From Alphaproteobacteria bacterium (GTDB taxonomy: Bacteria > Pseudomonadota > Alphaproteobacteria > MPNO01): a stretch of 64,000 nt of DNA. Positions 36,804-46,522 of this stretch are shown one piece after another (within the stretch, counting starts at the first letter, position 1; each line of letters starts with the position of its first letter). Where the stretch lies: NCBI GenBank assembly GCA_965248835.1, contig CBDFLJ010000002.1, positions 2,176,001-2,240,000 on the forward strand, given 5' to 3'. The position numbers and the translations under genes are program-made. Under the pieces are notes generated by a model that had not been told where the DNA came from, made no database searches, and saw nothing but the letters and a program-made list of their open reading frames with translations.

Positions 36804-37877
36804 CTAGTAGGAGAACGGGTAGAGCTTAAAGTATGCCTTGACCTGGTGCCAGCGATGCGCGAGCCCGTCGGGCTCGAAGATCAGGAACAAAACGATCGCG
36901 AGCCCGATCGCCATCTCCTTCAGATAGGGAAGCCCGGTGCCGAATGCCGGCAGATCGCCCCAGGGCGTCGCCCTGAGAGCCCCGATCGCGGCTTCCATGA
37001 CCTCCGGCAGCAGCACCATGAAGACGGTGCCCATGAGCGAGCCCATCACCGAGCCGAGCCCGCCGATGATGACCATGCCCAAGAACTGCACCGACTGGAA
37101 GATGTCGAACCCCTCGACCGAGACGAAGCCGAGATAATGCGCGAACAGCGCCCCGCCAACGCCCGCGTAGAAGGACGAAATGCCAAAGGAGAGGATCCGG
37201 TATTTGGTGAGGTTGACGCCCATGATCTCCGCCGAGAGGTAGTGGTCGCGGACGGCGACCAGGGCGCGGCCGTCGCGCGAGCGCATCAGGTTCGACGCTC
37301 CGACATACATGGCGATCAGATAGACCAGGGCGACGTAAAAGAACGTCCGGTCGTCGTCGAAGGCGAGTCCGAACAGTTCGAACGGGTTGGCGATCGCCCC
37401 GGACGAGCCGCCGGTGAACCACTCGGCGCGGGCGAAGAAATCCTGAAGGATGAACTGCGAGGCGAGCGTCGCCATCAGCAGATACAGCCCTTTGATGCGC
37501 GCAGCCGGAATTCCGAAGATCATCCCGACCGCCGTCGTCATCAGCCCGGCGAGCGGGATCGCGAAGAACACCGGGATGCCGAGTTCGTTGTTGACATAGG
37601 CCGAGGAGAAGGCGCCGAAGCCGAAGAACGCCGAGTGGCCGAGCGAGATCTGGCCGGTGAAGCCGACAAGGATGTTGAGCCCGAGCGCGGCGATCCCGAG
37701 ATAGGCGATCTGGATCATCAGATTGAGCAGATAGCCGTCCAGCACCCACGGACAGGCGCAGAGCACGGCGACCGCCAGGTAGCAGGCGATGCGCGAGCCG
37801 CGGGTCGGAAAGATCGTCATGTCGGCGCGGTAGCTAGTGCGGAAATCTCCGGTCGGGCGCATGGTCAAGCTGGCCAT
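36804..37877 (-). CDS. Liv-type ABC permease (LivM-like)
   Basis: GLNILVGFTGQISLGHSAF, GRALVAVRD, IIGGLGS. Confidence 0.92.
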   Translation of the reverse strand: MASLTMRPTGDFRTSYRADMTIFPTRGSRIACYLAVAVLCACPWVLDGYLLNLMIQIAYLGIAALGLNILVGFTGQISLGHSAFFGFGAFSSAYVNNELGIPVFFAIPLAGLMTTAVGMIFGIPAARIKGLYLLMATLASQFILQDFFARAEWFTGGSSGAIANPFELFGLAFDDDRTFFYVALVYLIAMYVGASNLMRSRDGRALVAVRDHYLSAEIMGVNLTKYRILSFGISSFYAGVGGALFAHYLGFVSVEGFDIFQSVQFLGMVIIGGLGSVMGSLMGTVFMVLLPEVMEAAIGALRATPWGDLPAFGTGLPYLKEMAIGLAIVLFLIFEPDGLAHRWHQVKAYFKLYPFSY

Positions 37878-37879
37878 GG

Positions 37880-38773
37880 CTAGACCCTCTCGATCTCTTC
37901 GGTGCCGAATAAGCCGTGGGGGCGGATCATCAAGATGATGATCAGCGCGTAGAACGGCGCGACGACGAACAGATTGCCCCAGTGGAGGAACTGGCTGTCG
38001 GCGAACTCGGCGAGGTTCTCGAGCACGCCGATGAGCAGCCCGCCGACGACCGCGCCGAGCACAGAATCGAGCCCGCCCAGGATCACCGCCGGGAACACCT
38101 TGATGCCGTAGAAGGAAAGCTCGGACGACACGCCGTTGACGATGCCGACGGTGACGCCGGCGAGCGCCGAGACCATCGCCGAGATCGCCCAGGACATCGC
38201 GAACACTTGCTTGATCGAGATCCCGAGCGATTGCGCCGCCTGCTGGTCGAAGGCGGTCGCCCGCATCGCGAGCCCGATCCGCGAGAACTTGAAGAACCAG
38301 GCGAAGACCGCCATGATCACCAGCGAGATTGCCATGCTCATCAGGTAGATGGTCTGCACCTGGAGCCCCAGCACATTGACCGATTTGGTCTCGAAGACCT
38401 CGGGGAAGGGCTGGACGAAGACGCCGAACAGCCACTTCATCAGCGCCTGGAAGAAGATCGACAGCCCGATGGTCACCATCACCACCGAGATGATGGGCTC
38501 GCCGATCATCGGCCGCAGCACCACCATCTGGAGCAGGACGCCGAACGCCATCATGAAGCCTAGGGTCAACAGGAACCCCCAGACGAAGGGCACGTCGAGG
38601 TCGGTGAGGATCCACCAGCACACCCAGGCGCCAACCAGCAGGAACTCGCCCTGAGCGAAGTTCACGATCTGCGAGGCCTTGTAGATCAGGACGAAACACA
38701 TCGCGACCACGCCGTAAAGCGTGCCGATGACCACCCCGTTGACGATCAGCTGGGTGAGGAGCTCGGTGTTCAT
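37880..38773 (-). CDS. Liv-type ABC permease (LivH-like)
   Basis: VNFAQGEF, GLAMRATA, VILGGLDS. Confidence 0.92.
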   Translation of the reverse strand: MNTELLTQLIVNGVVIGTLYGVVAMCFVLIYKASQIVNFAQGEFLLVGAWVCWWILTDLDVPFVWGFLLTLGFMMAFGVLLQMVVLRPMIGEPIISVVMVTIGLSIFFQALMKWLFGVFVQPFPEVFETKSVNVLGLQVQTIYLMSMAISLVIMAVFAWFFKFSRIGLAMRATAFDQQAAQSLGISIKQVFAMSWAISAMVSALAGVTVGIVNGVSSELSFYGIKVFPAVILGGLDSVLGAVVGGLLIGVLENLAEFADSQFLHWGNLFVVAPFYALIIILMIRPHGLFGTEEIERV

Positions 38774-40725
38774 GCCACGCCCGCCACTCTCTCGCGCGGC
38801 GCCGCGTCGGTCGCGGGCAGGGCGTCGCCGCCGCCAAGCTCGATCACGGCCAATGTGGTCTTGATGCGCTGCGTCGTCCCGTCCTGGAAGGCGATGGTGG
38901 TGTCGATGTCGACGGAATCGCGGCCTTCATAGACGGCGTCGATGATGTCTGCGTATTTGTCGTTGATCACGCCGCGCCGCACCTTGCGGGTGCGGGTGAG
39001 TTCGCCGTCATCGGCGTCGAGCTCCTTGTAGAGCAGCAGGAACTTCCGGACCCGCTGGCCCTCGGGCAGCGCGTCGTTGACCTTTTCGACCTCGGCCCGG
39101 ATGAGGCCGTAGATCTCGCGCCGTGCCGACAGATCGGTATAGGTGGTGAACGCGATCCGGTTCCGCTCGGCCCATTTGGAGACGATCGAGAACCGGATGC
39201 AGATTATCGCTGCCAGATAGTCCCGCCCGCCGCCGAGGACCACGACCTCGGCGATGAAGGGCGAGAATTTGAGCTTGTTCTCGATGAATTGAGGCGAAAA
39301 GCGGATGCCTCTGGCGGTGGTCGCGATATCGGCCATCCGGTCGATGACCACCAGGCGCTTGCCGTCCTTGAAATAGCCGGCATCGCCGGTATGCATCCAG
39401 CCGTCGCGGATCGACTCCCTGGTCTCCTCCTCGTTGCGGTAATAGCCGAGGAACATGTTGGGGTGAAGGGTCACGATCTCGCCGACGCCCTCCGGGTCGG
39501 GGTCGTGGATACGGATCTCGCATCCCTTGAACGGCACCCCGACCGAGTCGAAATCGACATCGGCCGCCTCGTGGAGCGTGTAGGCGCCGGCGGTTTCGGT
39601 CTGGCCGTAGAGCTGGCGGAGCGGCACCCCCATCGCTAGAAAAAAGCGGAACGTGTCCGGGCCGAGCGCCGCGCCGCCGGTCGCCGCCGAGCGCAGCCGG
39701 CTGAACCCGAGCCGGTCGCGGAGCGGGCGGAACAGGAGTAGATCGGCAAGCGCCGACTTGCCGTTCCGATCGAGCGCGGCCATGCCGAGCGTCATGGCGA
39801 GATCGTAGAACCGGCGCTTGAGCGGCGAGGCATCGAGCATCCGCGCGCGCACATCGGCGGCCACCTGCTCCCAGACCCTCGGCGCCAGCAGGAGAAAGGT
39901 CGGGCCGATCTCGCGCATGTCGGCCATCGTGGTCCCGGGCTCCTCGACGAAATTGACCGTCATCCGGCAGACCAGCGATTTGGCGAGCGCGTAGACCTGC
40001 TCCATGATCCAGGGGAGCGGCAGCACCGAGACGTATTCGTCCTCCGGCCCCTTGGGGTCGGCCTCGAGATAGGCGCGGGCATGGGCGAGGAACGGCCCGC
40101 CCTGGAGCATGGCGAGCTTCGGCTGCGACGTGGTGCCGGAGGTGGTGCACAGCACGGCGATATCGGCGCCTTCGCCGGCGGCGACCAGTTCGTCATAGAG
40201 TTCGGGCGCCGCGCGGTCGGCGGCCTCGCCGGCGGCGATCAGCGCCGCGGCATCCATCAGCCGCGGGTCCTCGTATTTGCGCATGCCCCTCGGGTCGGAA
40301 TAGACGATATGCCGGACGCTCGGGATGCGCTCGCCGAGCGACAGGAGCTTGTCGACCTGTTCCTCGTCCTCGGCGAGGACCACGCAGGATTCGGCGTAGT
40401 CGATCAGATAGGCGGCCTCGTCCTCGAGCGCGTCGCGGTAGATGCCGAGGCTCATCGCCCGGAGCGCATGGGCCGCGACCTCGCCGAACACCCAGTCGGG
40501 GCGGTTGTCGCCGATCAGCGCCACACAGTCGCCGTTTCCGACCCCGAGCCCGTGGAGGCCGAGCGCCAGCGCCCGAACGCGGGCGTGGTAGTCGGCCCAG
40601 GTGAAGGTGTGCCAGAGGCCGAAATCCTTCTCGCGGAAGGCGGTCTCGTCGGGCCAGTTCTCGGCGTTGTGCTTGACCGCCTTGGGGAAGGTGTCGTGGC
40701 GCTCGACGTCGAGCCAGGTGTTCAC
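38770..40725 (-). CDS. Long-chain acyl-CoA synthetase (AMP-binding)
   Basis: TSGTTSQPK, YGQTE, GWMHTGDAG, ELTRTRKVRR. Confidence 0.92.
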   Translation of the reverse strand: MNTWLDVERHDTFPKAVKHNAENWPDETAFREKDFGLWHTFTWADYHARVRALALGLHGLGVGNGDCVALIGDNRPDWVFGEVAAHALRAMSLGIYRDALEDEAAYLIDYAESCVVLAEDEEQVDKLLSLGERIPSVRHIVYSDPRGMRKYEDPRLMDAAALIAAGEAADRAAPELYDELVAAGEGADIAVLCTTSGTTSQPKLAMLQGGPFLAHARAYLEADPKGPEDEYVSVLPLPWIMEQVYALAKSLVCRMTVNFVEEPGTTMADMREIGPTFLLLAPRVWEQVAADVRARMLDASPLKRRFYDLAMTLGMAALDRNGKSALADLLLFRPLRDRLGFSRLRSAATGGAALGPDTFRFFLAMGVPLRQLYGQTETAGAYTLHEAADVDFDSVGVPFKGCEIRIHDPDPEGVGEIVTLHPNMFLGYYRNEEETRESIRDGWMHTGDAGYFKDGKRLVVIDRMADIATTARGIRFSPQFIENKLKFSPFIAEVVVLGGGRDYLAAIICIRFSIVSKWAERNRIAFTTYTDLSARREIYGLIRAEVEKVNDALPEGQRVRKFLLLYKELDADDGELTRTRKVRRGVINDKYADIIDAVYEGRDSVDIDTTIAFQDGTTQRIKTTLAVIELGGGDALPATDAAPRERVAGVA

Positions 40726-41543
40726 GCCACCTGCTCCTCGGGCTCAGGCGCCTCGTCCTCGCCGAGATAGGCCTTCTTGACCCCCTCGTCGTTCATCACC
40801 GCCTCGGGCGTTCCTTCGGCGATTTTGCGGCCGAAATCGAGCACCATCACCCGGTGCGAGATATCCATCACCACCGACATGTCGTGCTCGATCATCACCA
40901 CCGTCATGCCCCATTCCTCGTTGAGGTCGATGACATAGCGGGCCATGTCCTCCTTCTCCTCGAGGTTCATGCCGGCCATCGGCTCGTCGAGAAGGATGAG
41001 GTCGGGTTTGAGCGCGACCGCGCGGGCGAGCTCGACCCGCTTGCGCAGGCCGTATGGGAGGGTGCCGGCAACCGCCCAGCGGATCTCCTGGATCTCGAGG
41101 AAATCGATGATCTCCTCGACCTCGCGGCGGTGAGCGAGTTCCTCCTTCTGGGCGCCGCCGATCCAGTAGAGCGCCCCGGTGAAGAAGTTGTTCTTCAACA
41201 GATGGTGGCGCCCGACCATGATGTTGTCCATCACGGTCATGTGGCCGAACAGAGCGAGGTTCTGGAAGGTGCGCCCGATGCCGAGACCGGCGCGGTGGTT
41301 GGGGGTAAGCCCGGCGAGCGAGCGGCCCTTGTAGAAGATCTCCCCGGCGGACGGTCTGTAGCGCCCCGAGATGCAGTTCAAGAGCGACGTCTTGCCGGCC
41401 CCGTTGGGTCCGATGATCGAAAACAGCTCCCCCGGCGCGACCTTGAAGGTGACCGCTTCGAGCGCCCTGACGCCGCCGAACCCGAGCGATACCTCGCGCG
41501 CTTCGAGGAGCTGCGCTGCGCCGGTTGTCTGTCCCCCTGTCAC
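40722..41543 (-). CDS. Liv-type ABC ATP-binding protein (LivG-like)
   Basis: GPNGAGKTS, RTFQN, LPYGLRKRVELARA, LDEP, AYLG; start uncertain. Confidence 0.9.
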   Translation of the reverse strand: MTGGQTTGAAQLLEAREVSLGFGGVRALEAVTFKVAPGELFSIIGPNGAGKTSLLNCISGRYRPSAGEIFYKGRSLAGLTPNHRAGLGIGRTFQNLALFGHMTVMDNIMVGRHHLLKNNFFTGALYWIGGAQKEELAHRREVEEIIDFLEIQEIRWAVAGTLPYGLRKRVELARAVALKPDLILLDEPMAGMNLEEKEDMARYVIDLNEEWGMTVVMIEHDMSVVMDISHRVMVLDFGRKIAEGTPEAVMNDEGVKKAYLGEDEAPEPEEQVA

Positions 41544-41929
41544 CGCTCGGCCTCTCGCTGTCCGCTCCGGGTTCCCGCCTGGGGCATTATCCGGTACCGC
41601 TGGACCAGCCCACACCCCCGCAAGTGGATAAGGTGTCGGGCCAAGGTGCCGCCTGGACCGAAGACGGTCAAGACGATTCCCCGGCGCCCGGTACTATCGA
41701 AAGCGCGATCACCGGGAGGTATCGCGAGCCCGGCCCCGACCATGTCCGATCGCGCGCTCATCGCGGAACGAATTTCGTGGAAATGCAGGATGCTCTATGC
41801 GATCCAACCGTCGACGTCGGCAGTGTTGCCGGCCGCGGCGGTTCAGCCGCTGCGAACTGCCGGACCGGACGTGGTCTCCCGGATGGAGAAGCCAATAAGG
41901 TCGGATCGGCAGCCCCGGCCCTCCGACAG

Positions 41930-42015
41930 GGTGCCGCTCTCCTTCCACCGGCGTTCGAGGATGGCGGACAGTTGCCAGGTGATCGGCAGCTCCAGAGGCG
42001 CGCCTGTCTTGGTCC
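41930..42015 (-). pseudogene. Short tyrosine recombinase-like fragment beside the intron 3' end
   Basis: TKTGAPLELPITWQLSAILERR resembles the integrase TKxG...lPl segment. Confidence 0.4.
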
Positions 42016-42023
42016 GGATCGTG

Positions 42024-43884
42024 GTCGAGTAGCTCAGCCATTCGGCTTTCGCCCTCCCAGATCCGGGCGTGCGGCTTTCCCGCACCCGGCTCCTCCGGAG
42101 GGTAACCCACCTCATGGCCGACGCGGCGTCCATGGTCGTGTGATCCGAGGGGTCGGCAGGGGGAAGCGCGCGGTCAGAGCGTCGAACTCGTTCCACCACA
42201 TGCGTCGGTTCTTCTGGCTGCGCCGCTGGAGGCAGCGCAGCCAGAAGAACCGGACTTCGCGGCGGAAGCTGCTCAATGCCGGGTAGTTGTGCGGCCTGCC
42301 GTAGTAGCCGTAGTGACCGAGCAGAACGCTGAGGTACCAGCGATGCTGTTCGGCCAACGGCGCGTGCATGCGCCGCCGTGCATCCCGGCGCAGCGTCTTG
42401 AGCTTCACGATGAACCGGCCATCCCGCGTCCACCCGCAATCGTGGGGGAACCCGAGGAAGGCGAAGGTTCCAGGCCGCCGCGCGCCACAGCGTCGTCGAG
42501 CCAGGGCCGGCGGTCGGCCGAACTCGATCAGCCGCGTCTTGTCCTCGTGCAGCGACAGGCCGAAGGCGGCCAGACGCTCTCGGAGGGCAGACAGCATCTC
42601 CCGTGCGTCCGCTTCCCTCTCGAAGCCCATCACGAAGTCATCGGCATAACGCACCATGACGACCCGCCCGCCCGCGTGGCGCCGGCGCCACTGATGGACC
42701 CGGAGGTCGAGGACGTAGTGCAGCAAGACGTTGGCGGGGAGCGGGCTGATGCCCGCCCCCTGCGGCGTTCCCCTGTCCGTCTCGTACCATACGCCGCTCT
42801 CCAGGACCCCAGCCCGCAGCCACCGCTGGACGAGCCGGTGGATGCGCGGATCGGCAGTCCTGTGCGCGAGCATCCGCAGCAGCCACTCGTGGTCGACCGT
42901 GTCGAAGAAGCTGCGGATGTCCGCATCAAGCACCCAGGTCACCCGCTGGCTCATGATGGCCGTGTGCAGGGCGTCAAGAGCCGTGTGCGGGTTTCGCCCC
43001 GGTCGGAAGCCGTAAAGAACCCCAGGAAGTCGGCCTCGTGGACGGCGCTCAGCACCTCGGCGACGGCGCCCTGGACGATCTTGTCCTCCAGGACGGGAAC
43101 GCCGAGCGGCCGCCGGCCGCCATCGGCTTTCGGGATGTCGACCCGCCGGACCGGCTGTGGCCGGTAGCGGCCGGCATGGAGGCGCCCGCACAGGTCCCGG
43201 AGATTGGTCTCCAGCTCCTGCTCGTACGCCGCCACCGTCACCCCGTCGACTGCCGCGCTCGCCTGCCGCCGCTGCCGGCGGAACGCCCGTTCGAGGGCGG
43301 CCTCGTCGACATGGTGCAGCAGAGCGGTGAACCGGGTATGGACGGCTCGTCCAGCCGCGGCGTTCACCCGGGCGAGGTTGGGCGGCAAGGCGGCCCGGCT
43401 CTGTGTCCGGACCCTGGCCTTCTCGCGCGGGATCCCCTCGGGCTGGCCCCTTCCCTCGGCGCACCTCGGTTCCTTCGGCGGCGTCATCAGTACTATGAAC
43501 CAGTCCGACTCCCGACCTCAGCTCGGGCGAGCGCTCCGGCCTTGCCTTGCGCGCGCCCCCCGCCGGAGACCAACCCGGCGGCCCCGGTCGGGCCTCTCAT
43601 GTTCCAACGCCTGCCTTCCATGCGTGAGACGGCCTTCGTCCCCGGCGCAGCGACACCGTCTCGCATGGCGACGGTGCACATGCTGCCTTCGTGGCTGGGA
43701 ACCCACTTGGCCTCCGCAATCTTCCTCCTTTCGAGGCTCAACTCCGCACCCCACATGGCCCCTGTCTACGCTTCAGACCCCGCCTTGCCGCGATGCCCGC
43801 AAGACTCGGTCCCGACATGCCCGCTACGGCTTTGGCCGGATCGGACTTTCACCGACAAGCAGTCGTCAGCTTGGCATGACGTAC
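42024..43884 (-). mobile_element. Group II intron (about 1.86 kb)
   Basis: 5' GTACGTCATGCC; domain V GAGCCGGGTGCGGGAAAGCCGCACGCCCGG with AGC triad; domain VI ending CTACTCGAC; internal RT ORF. Confidence 0.88.
42112..43487 (-). pseudogene. ltrA: Group II intron reverse transcriptase/maturase, frameshifted, no endonuclease domain
   Basis: IPKADG..RPLG..EDKIVQ; frameshift near 43015 (ADFLGF / YGFRPGR); DADIRSFFD, GTPQG, VRYADDF, FAFLGF; short deletion in the thumb. Confidence 0.88.
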
Positions 43885-44463
43885 TCCCACAGCGTGGTGT
43901 AGGAGCCTGGCGATGAAGCCGTCCCGATAGCGGTATCGGTCAAAGGCAAGAGGCAGGGGCCTGAGAGGCGATCCGGGCAGCCCCTCCAGGACGTTCAGGG
44001 GCAGCCACGAGAGCCAGGGTGTCAGTCGGCGTGCGGATTTGGCGCCGATCGGTGCACCAACCCTTTGATTTCCTGTGGGTCACGGGGATCAGAGTGCCAC
44101 GCCGAATCACAGGTCGCGATGAAGCTTTACGCTCAAGACGCTCTCGAGGCTGGTCGTCGGAAGATAGGTTGCCAGTGCTCACGTCTTTGCCCACGCCAAG
44201 GGGCGGTGGTGACTTTAGGGCTGTCACCGTTCTTGCTCGGTCGCGCGAACCAGGTCCCTTCACCCCCGATAACAGACATCAGGCCGCGGATACACTCGCC
44301 CAGCCGCTGAGATGTACAGAAACCTGCGACGTAGGAAACGCCTACGGCTGAAAAACGGATCCAACACCCCCTCGCTCCCATTCTCTCTACCGACGTCGCC
44401 GGTCATTCCCGGCTGATAGGTGAGGAAGTGGAGAGCACCCTTGGTTCATTAGCTGCCCACCTG

Positions 44464-44979
44464 TCAGAGTGCAGAGCCTAACCATCGGTATATGGCTCCG
44501 TCGAGCCAGGTGACGACCAGCACACGATCAAACACGATATACAGAAAACCTCCGGTAAGCACGGCGGCAAACGACGCGGTGAGCCAGCGGAGGTCGGTTT
44601 CATAGCGAAGAAAGGCAAGCATAAACAATGACATCGCGACCAGCTGGCCGAGCAGCCATGACAGACCGACCACCGTCACGATCCATACGAGGAGTCGGAG
44701 CGCACGGACGTGGTCACCATCTCCTGCCGGCTCCGCGGTACTCCCGTTCCGCGGTGGATCGTCCACGCTCAGGTTGCTCGGTGGCTGACCTGGAAACTGC
44801 TTGAGAACAACACGGACGAAAACAAGCGCGCCGACCGCGAACAACCCGGCCACGCCGATCACTTGCGGAAACAGCGCCGAGCGGTAGTTCCATAGCTCGG
44901 CCTCAACAGCGAGGAAGGTGAAAATGGCGGCGAGAACGACCGAGATGGCCAGATCAGCCCGCATGCTCGCCCTCTTCAT
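44464..44979 (-). CDS. tctB: Tripartite tricarboxylate transporter small TM subunit TctB
   Basis: Small hydrophobic ORF coupled to tctA (ATGA), ALFP motif. Confidence 0.75.
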   Translation of the reverse strand: MKRASMRADLAISVVLAAIFTFLAVEAELWNYRSALFPQVIGVAGLFAVGALVFVRVVLKQFPGQPPSNLSVDDPPRNGSTAEPAGDGDHVRALRLLVWIVTVVGLSWLLGQLVAMSLFMLAFLRYETDLRWLTASFAAVLTGGFLYIVFDRVLVVTWLDGAIYRWLGSAL

Positions 44980-46451
44980 CGAACACGCCTGTAATTGCGA
45001 CGGAACTGCACGTATAGCACCCATACAATGAGCGCGAAGATGATCAGTACCACCGGCCGTGTAAGCCAGTCGAAGCCATAAACGTTGATCGACAGATGCA
45101 AATATCGCTCGAGCAGCGGGCCGAGCACCAGTCCAAGAGCAATCGGTGGGCGCGGCCAGTGCCAACGCTTCATCACATAGCCGATGACACCGAAAGCCAG
45201 AAGGATGATCCAGTCTCCCATGGTCTGGGTGGACATCCATGCTCCCATCAGGGCTGCGATCACTACGACGGCAACAATGATCGTACCGCGTACCTGGGTG
45301 ATACGGGCCAGAAACGGCGTCGCCACGAGCAGCAGGCCGGCGGCGACCACATTGGCAATGACCAGCGCACCGACGAGCGCAAACAGCACGTCGAGCCGAT
45401 CGCCCATAATATCGGGGCCTGGCGAGATCCCTTGCACCGTCAGCGCGACGAGGAACAGCGCCATGGGTGCGTTGCCCGGCACACCGATGGCGAGCGTGGG
45501 CACCAACGCGCCGCCTTTTAGGGCGTTGTTGGCTGCCTCGGGCGCGATGACGCCTCGTACGTCTCCACTACCGAAGCGTTCGGGGTGCTTCTCGCTCTGC
45601 ACTGCGTGGCCATAGGCTACCCAATCGACAATGCTGGCGCCCACGCCGGGGATCATACCAATATAAACGCCGATGAAGATCGAGCGTACAGTGAGCCACC
45701 AGTGCCGGAAGGCGTCGCGCACGCCCTCTTTCATACCTCGGGCGGACTCCAAGGAGACGTGGGCGATGCTGGTCCGACGGACGAATAGATCGAGCAACTC
45801 CGGAAGCGCGAAAAGGCCCAGCACCACCGGTACGATCTTGATGCCGTCTAGAAGATAAGCCTCGCCGAAGGTATAGCGCGGAAGACCCTCTTGCGGCGAG
45901 GTGCCGACCATTGCGAGCGCCAGCGCGAACAGTACGACGACGATCCCACGGAGAGGAGCCCCACCGCTCAGCGCGCCCACGATCAGAAGCCCGAAAAGCC
46001 CGAGCATGAAGAACTCCGGACTCCCGATGGAAAGCACCAACTCGCGTACTAGCGGCAGACTCACGATCACGAGAACGCCACCTGTCACTCCTCCCAGCAT
46101 CGAGACGGTGTACGCGGCGCCGAAGGCGCGCCCGGCCTCGCCATTCTTGGCCATTGGGTACCCGTCCAAAATAGTCGCCTGAGACCCCGACGTACCGGGC
46201 ACGCCGAGCAACACAGAGGCAATCGTGTCGGATGTTGTAGTCACCGCGTACATGCCCATCAGAAAGGCCATGGCGCTGTACGTCTCGAGCAAGAAAGAGA
46301 ACGGCAGTAGCATGGCCACTGCTGAAAGGCCTCCCAGTCCCGGCAGGATGCCGACCACAATACCAATCAGGATGCCTAACAGCAGATAACCGATCGCTGG
46401 CCACACAAAAAGTGCGCCAATACCCTGTATGGCTGCGTCAAGGACCGGCAC
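44976..46451 (-). CDS. tctA: Tripartite tricarboxylate transporter TctA
   Basis: GILPGLGG, GVPGT..ATILDGYPMAKNGEAGRA, GVIAPEAANN, PTLAIGVPG. Confidence 0.92.
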   Translation of the reverse strand: MPVLDAAIQGIGALFVWPAIGYLLLGILIGIVVGILPGLGGLSAVAMLLPFSFLLETYSAMAFLMGMYAVTTTSDTIASVLLGVPGTSGSQATILDGYPMAKNGEAGRAFGAAYTVSMLGGVTGGVLVIVSLPLVRELVLSIGSPEFFMLGLFGLLIVGALSGGAPLRGIVVVLFALALAMVGTSPQEGLPRYTFGEAYLLDGIKIVPVVLGLFALPELLDLFVRRTSIAHVSLESARGMKEGVRDAFRHWWLTVRSIFIGVYIGMIPGVGASIVDWVAYGHAVQSEKHPERFGSGDVRGVIAPEAANNALKGGALVPTLAIGVPGNAPMALFLVALTVQGISPGPDIMGDRLDVLFALVGALVIANVVAAGLLLVATPFLARITQVRGTIIVAVVVIAALMGAWMSTQTMGDWIILLAFGVIGYVMKRWHWPRPPIALGLVLGPLLERYLHLSINVYGFDWLTRPVVLIIFALIVWVLYVQFRRNYRRVR

Positions 46452-46522
46452 AGTGTCTGTTCAAGCCGGCGGTGAGCCTGGGCACATGGCAACCGCACCG
46501 CATGCCGAGGGAGATGCCGTGG

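Noticed and set aside
42112-43487. RT as retron, DGR, Abi or CRISPR-associated RT
   Set aside because: Domains V/VI, the 5' end, EBS1/IBS1 and maturase-type sequence identify a group II intron; no template/variable repeat pair, msr-msd or cas genes were seen
43885-43905. Class C (terminator-targeting) intron because of the hairpin in the 5' exon
   Set aside because: Domain V is full length with an AGC triad rather than the short CGC form, and no U-tract precedes the intron
43890-44460. Structured ncRNA, tRNA or IS1380-like left end
   Set aside because: No cloverleaf or family motif I can confirm; needs Infernal/BLASTN
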